Part shown: positions 60,171 to 64,000 of the stretch, in pieces
Layout of the letters: each line of letters starts with the position of its first letter
Position numbering within the stretch: position 1 is the stretch's first letter
From: Vicugna vicugna
Taxonomy: Eukaryota
Reading direction: 5' to 3'
Length of the DNA: 64,000 nucleotides
Assembly: GCA_013265495.1 (NCBI GenBank)
Contig: MU057930.1
Location: forward strand, 1,566,057 to 1,630,056
Translations under genes and position numbers: made by a program
Notes under the pieces: generated by a model
Told to the model about the DNA's origin: nothing
Database searches by the model: none
The model's input: the letters and a program-made list of their open reading frames with translations, nothing else

Positions 60171-61924
60171 CATCATGACATCATGATGTGTTTCCTCAGG
60201 GAACTATAAATATACAAGAATAATCCTTTTTAAAAAAATTCTCAAATGGTATATCTACCTTTCCCTATTGAATATCCATTCTATCTTTCCTTTCATATCA
60301 ATTTCACAAGGAACAGAATTTTAAAAATTAAGCATTAAGCATACCTGAGAAAATTAAATTCTCTTCCAAAACAGGTGTATGAGTTCATAGTGAACTCTCT
60401 GACGTGACTTCATTTAGTTTAGGAATACCCTGTCTTCTTAAAGATCATGCAGAGACCTGTCAGAGGCAGAAATGCGATGTAGACTGAAGATATTTCCTGT
60501 GCATTCATCGGGGCGGACCATCCCAGGACACACTCTGGAGGGGCAAAGGTAGTGTGGGCTCATGAAAGCTGTCACTCAGATCATGATGCAGAAACAGAAT
60601 ATTGTATTCTTATTATTTTTTATTGTTTTTTAAAGTGTGTTGTTACTCAAAACATTCATCTAAGGGGATTTTCTGAGAGGAAAAGGTGCAGGTAGGTTCC
60701 GGGTTCAAATAAGATTTTCAGATTTGCAGTATACATTACAATATTAAAAATCTTCTGGAATATGCTGTACAAATGGTCCTGGTTTACGTGCAATTTCCAC
60801 ACTTATTTAAATGGAATTTTCTCCTCCGTACTAAATATGGGCATATCTGTTCCAGAAATACAGTTAGAAAATGGAAAAATTGCCGAAGTGAGAGTCAAAA
60901 TAAAGCAGCGTCTTTGTCCTCAGCTTTCGCATGTAGATTTATTAAGTTGGCTGGATAAAAGAGTTTCTAAGATTCTTTTCATATTTGAAGATTTGTATGT
61001 GATGACAGTTATTACCTGATTTGACTCAATTACTTTTTTTTTCTTGGAACGTAACAATCTCTTCTCCCACTTTATTTATTTTCCATTAGGCAGATTTATT
61101 TTTGATAATAGGACATGTTACCTGAAAATAGACGAATATTTCCATATGGCCTCACTTTTCTCCAACTCGGTAAGAACATGATGAAATGCATCCTGGAAAA
61201 CCCCTTCAGCTGAATTTTGAAATAGATCCATGACTGCCTATTTTTCCAGCTGCAATTTATACATCATGAACACATACATATAGTCTTGAAAAGATGCAAG
61301 ACTTTGAAACCTCCCACCCTTCTGGAAGTTGCCGACATAACGTTATCTTTAGTTTTGAATTTGCTTCTGTTCAGGTAAAAGAAAAATCCTGAGAGACTGA
61401 AACAGTCTACTTAACTCTTGGGTTTGTAGGAGATTGTGTGAAATTTAAAAAAAAAAAAGTGAGAGGTGGCAGTTTTCTGTCCTCATTTATAACATGTCCT
61501 GTCAGCCGCACACAAGGTCAGTCATGTCTAAATATCTCACCTGGAAGATGTGCATCGGCTGTCACAAACATAGGCAATGATGCTCAATTTCTAAGTCATT
61601 TTAAATGGAAGGAGTGGATGAAGTTGGAATTGCTTCTTACAAGAATGCAGAAAACAAACGGTCTTACCATGTTGTTTATTCCACGCCAAGCACCTTGATT
61701 TAGGGTGATGACAATAATGATTTTCTAACATGCAACTGAACTGCAAAGCAAGCTAACAATCGCAGTGTTTCTGAAAGGTTTGGGCAAACTTTCCAGGACA
61801 TATATCAGAGGCAGCACCCCAGTGCAGGAAAGCATGGATATCGCAGCTCTGCCTGCAAGTGCTCTGCCACCCCATCTAGCAAGACTGACAATCTGATCCC
61901 AACAGGTTAAGAGGGGTGGTGATG

Positions 61925-62043
61925 AAAGCAGGATCTCAAAGAGACATCTGCACTCCCATGTCCGTTGCAGCATTATTCACAATAACCAGGATACAGAAAC
62001 AACCTATGTGTCCATGCATGGATGAATGGATAAAGAAAATGTG

Positions 62044-62089
<46 letters not shown>

Positions 62090-62238
62090 TAGAGATGGAT
62101 GGATGGATAGATAGATAGATGGGTAGATAGATTGATAGATTGATGGATGGGTAGATGGGTGGATGGATAGATAGATTGGATGGATAGATAGGTAGGTAGA
62201 TAGATAGATAAATGGATGGATAAATGGATGGATGAATG

Positions 62239-62292
<54 letters not shown>

Positions 62293-62352
62293 CAGATAGA
62301 TAGATGGATAGATAGATGGATAAATGGATAAATGGATGGATAGATAGATAGG

Positions 62353-62409
<57 letters not shown>

Positions 62410-62439
62410 TAGATGGATGGATGGATGGATGGATGGATG

Positions 62440-62496
<57 letters not shown>

Positions 62497-62777
62497 TAGA
62501 GATGGATGGATGGATAGATAGATGGGTAGATAGATCGATAGATTGATGGATGGGTAGATGGGTGGATGGATAGATAGATTGGATGGATAGATAGGTAGGT
62601 AGATAGATAGATAGATAAATGGATGGATAAATGGATAGATGAATAGATAGATGGATAGATAGACAGATAGATAGATGGATAGATAGATGGATAAATGGAT
62701 AAATGGATGGATGGATGGATAGATAGATAGACAGACAGATAGATAGATGGATAAATGGATAAATGGATGGATGGATG

Positions 62778-62818
<41 letters not shown>

Positions 62819-62950
62819 GCAGACACTTCAAAGAGAAGTAAATCTTGCTCTTTGTGACAAAGTTGGATCCAGAACTTTAAAAAACACCTGAAATAACACA
62901 ACATTGTAAATCAACTATACTTCCATTAAAAGAAAAATAAATACATAAAA
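61925..62950 (+). mobile_element. L1 3' fragment hosting a large microsatellite expansion
   Basis: TCTCAAAGAGACATCTGCACTCCCATGTCCGTTGCAGCATTATTCACAATAACC...GAATGGATAAAGAAAATGTG before the array; L1-like sequence and terminus ACAACATTGTAAATCAACTATACTTC after it. Confidence 0.8.
62045..62817. repeat. Compound (GATA)n/(GGAT)n array, about 770 bp
   Basis: Visible directly; source of the spurious 322-aa and 140-aa YLSI/HPSI ORFs. Confidence 0.98.
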
Positions 62951-63314
62951 TATGAGCCATTAAAAAAACCAGATTTGACTTAGAAGAGGAAACAGCAGCA
63001 ATGTAATTATCAGGAAACCCTCATTCTAAATCATATGTTAACCTCAAGGACATCGGCATCACTAGTGACAGGACTGTCCTTGAAATGGAAACTTGCAAAC
63101 CACAGAATCGTCTTTGGGGACTAGCCAGGATGTACACGTCACACCAGGGAGACGTCAGAATAAGCCGGGACATGTGGGATGAACGAGGGCGTGGAAATGA
63201 GGCAGGCAGGGGGACACGCGGAGGGTATGAATCAGTCAAGAAGGTCAGCTGGTCTGAGGGCGCATGGAGCCTGGTAGGTTGCTAGCAATCTGGGCCACGC
63301 TTTTTCACCGTTCT

Positions 63315-63660
63315 CTGTATGCGTGCCCTTCTAATACACATCCTTCCTCTAAGGATGTGGAGTCTGTTGCCTTCTCTCTGTCTTAAATCTGTGTTACTCC
63401 TTGTCACCTCATCGCCCCACAGTCAAGATGTTCCATGTGAGGCCATTCTAGACCAGGAATCTCTCAGCCACCCCTCAGCCAGCCTCCAGGAGAAGGGCAG
63501 CTGGCCGATGTGCGCTGGCTAAAGCCAGGAGGCCGCCCAGCCCAGCCTCGAGCAGAAGCACCAGGCAGGTGAGCCCATCGTAAATGGACAACTCAAATGA
63601 GGGCCAACAGAAGGAGAATGGTTGATTTTCAACAGCAGTAGGTTAAGAAACAGCACAGAT
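63315..63660 (+). mobile_element. Old MaLR LTR (MLT1F-H-like)
   Basis: ATCCTTCCTCTAAGGATGTGGAGTCT...CATGTGAGGCCATTCTAGACCAG...GCAGAAGCACCAGGCAGGTGAGCCC. Confidence 0.55.
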
Positions 63661-64000
63661 GGATGTCCGGCCAGGCACGTTTCATCAAGCAAGGAATGGT
63701 GTTAGGTCATGTCGGGGATAAAACAAAAGTCTGAAGTACATGGAATTTATGGAGGAATGGCGGGAGGTAGGAGACTGCACCTTACAAGGGACCTCAGTTC
63801 GATGTCTGGTCTTCGGGAAAATGTTTTTCACTTTTGCCGTGTCTCAGCCAGGAGCATATGGTTTCTATCTGTCCCTAAATAGAGAGGAAAAAGAGTCTTC
63901 TTCAACGGAAAATGCCTAAGACCTTTTATCTTCATTCTACACTGCATCCTTCAATTTATAAAGTGAAACATGCCACCCACTGTGGTTATAAAAATGTAAT

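Noticed and set aside
61936..62904. 322-aa and 140-aa minus-strand ORFs
   Set aside because: Translations of (TATC)n/(ATCC)n repeats, which lack stop codons in these frames; not proteins.
1..64000. CRISPR arrays, prokaryotic operons, NUMTs, rRNA/snRNA genes, intact gag/pol/env
   Set aside because: No repeat-spacer arrays, no long coding-like ORFs and no recognisable mitochondrial, structural-RNA or retroviral coding sequence.

Overview
This is mammalian genomic DNA, almost certainly camelid (Camelus/Vicugna/Lama). Ten SINEs here consist of a nearly intact tRNA-Ala(AGC) head plus a short AT-rich tail, matching the camelid Vic-1-type SINE, and the young L1 3' ends are of cetartiodactyl type. 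I cannot recognise an intact protein-coding gene: the only protein-like ORFs are decayed LINE-1 ORF2p fragments, and the longest ORF (322 aa) is an artefact of a GATA/GGAT microsatellite. Bases 1-35 kb are a repeat-dense, intergenic-looking mosaic of nested L1s, SINEs with clear target-site duplications (TSDs), MaLR/ERVL LTRs, a solo ERV1-like LTR, and a truncated provirus with 5' LTR, tRNA-Arg primer-binding site and leader splice donor. Bases 35-57.6 kb contain no SINE and hold a probable minus-strand terminal exon/3' UTR (~37.7-40.7 kb, AATAAA at 37719-37724), candidate upstream exons and enhancer-like unique sequence; I could not identify the gene. The best-supported oddities are retrotransposition fossils: a twin-primed L1, poly(A)-only insertions, a possible mRNA-tail retrocopy, a possible 3' transduction and chimeric L1s. 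I found no evidence for a new biological system. Repeat family names come from visual recognition, not from a database search.
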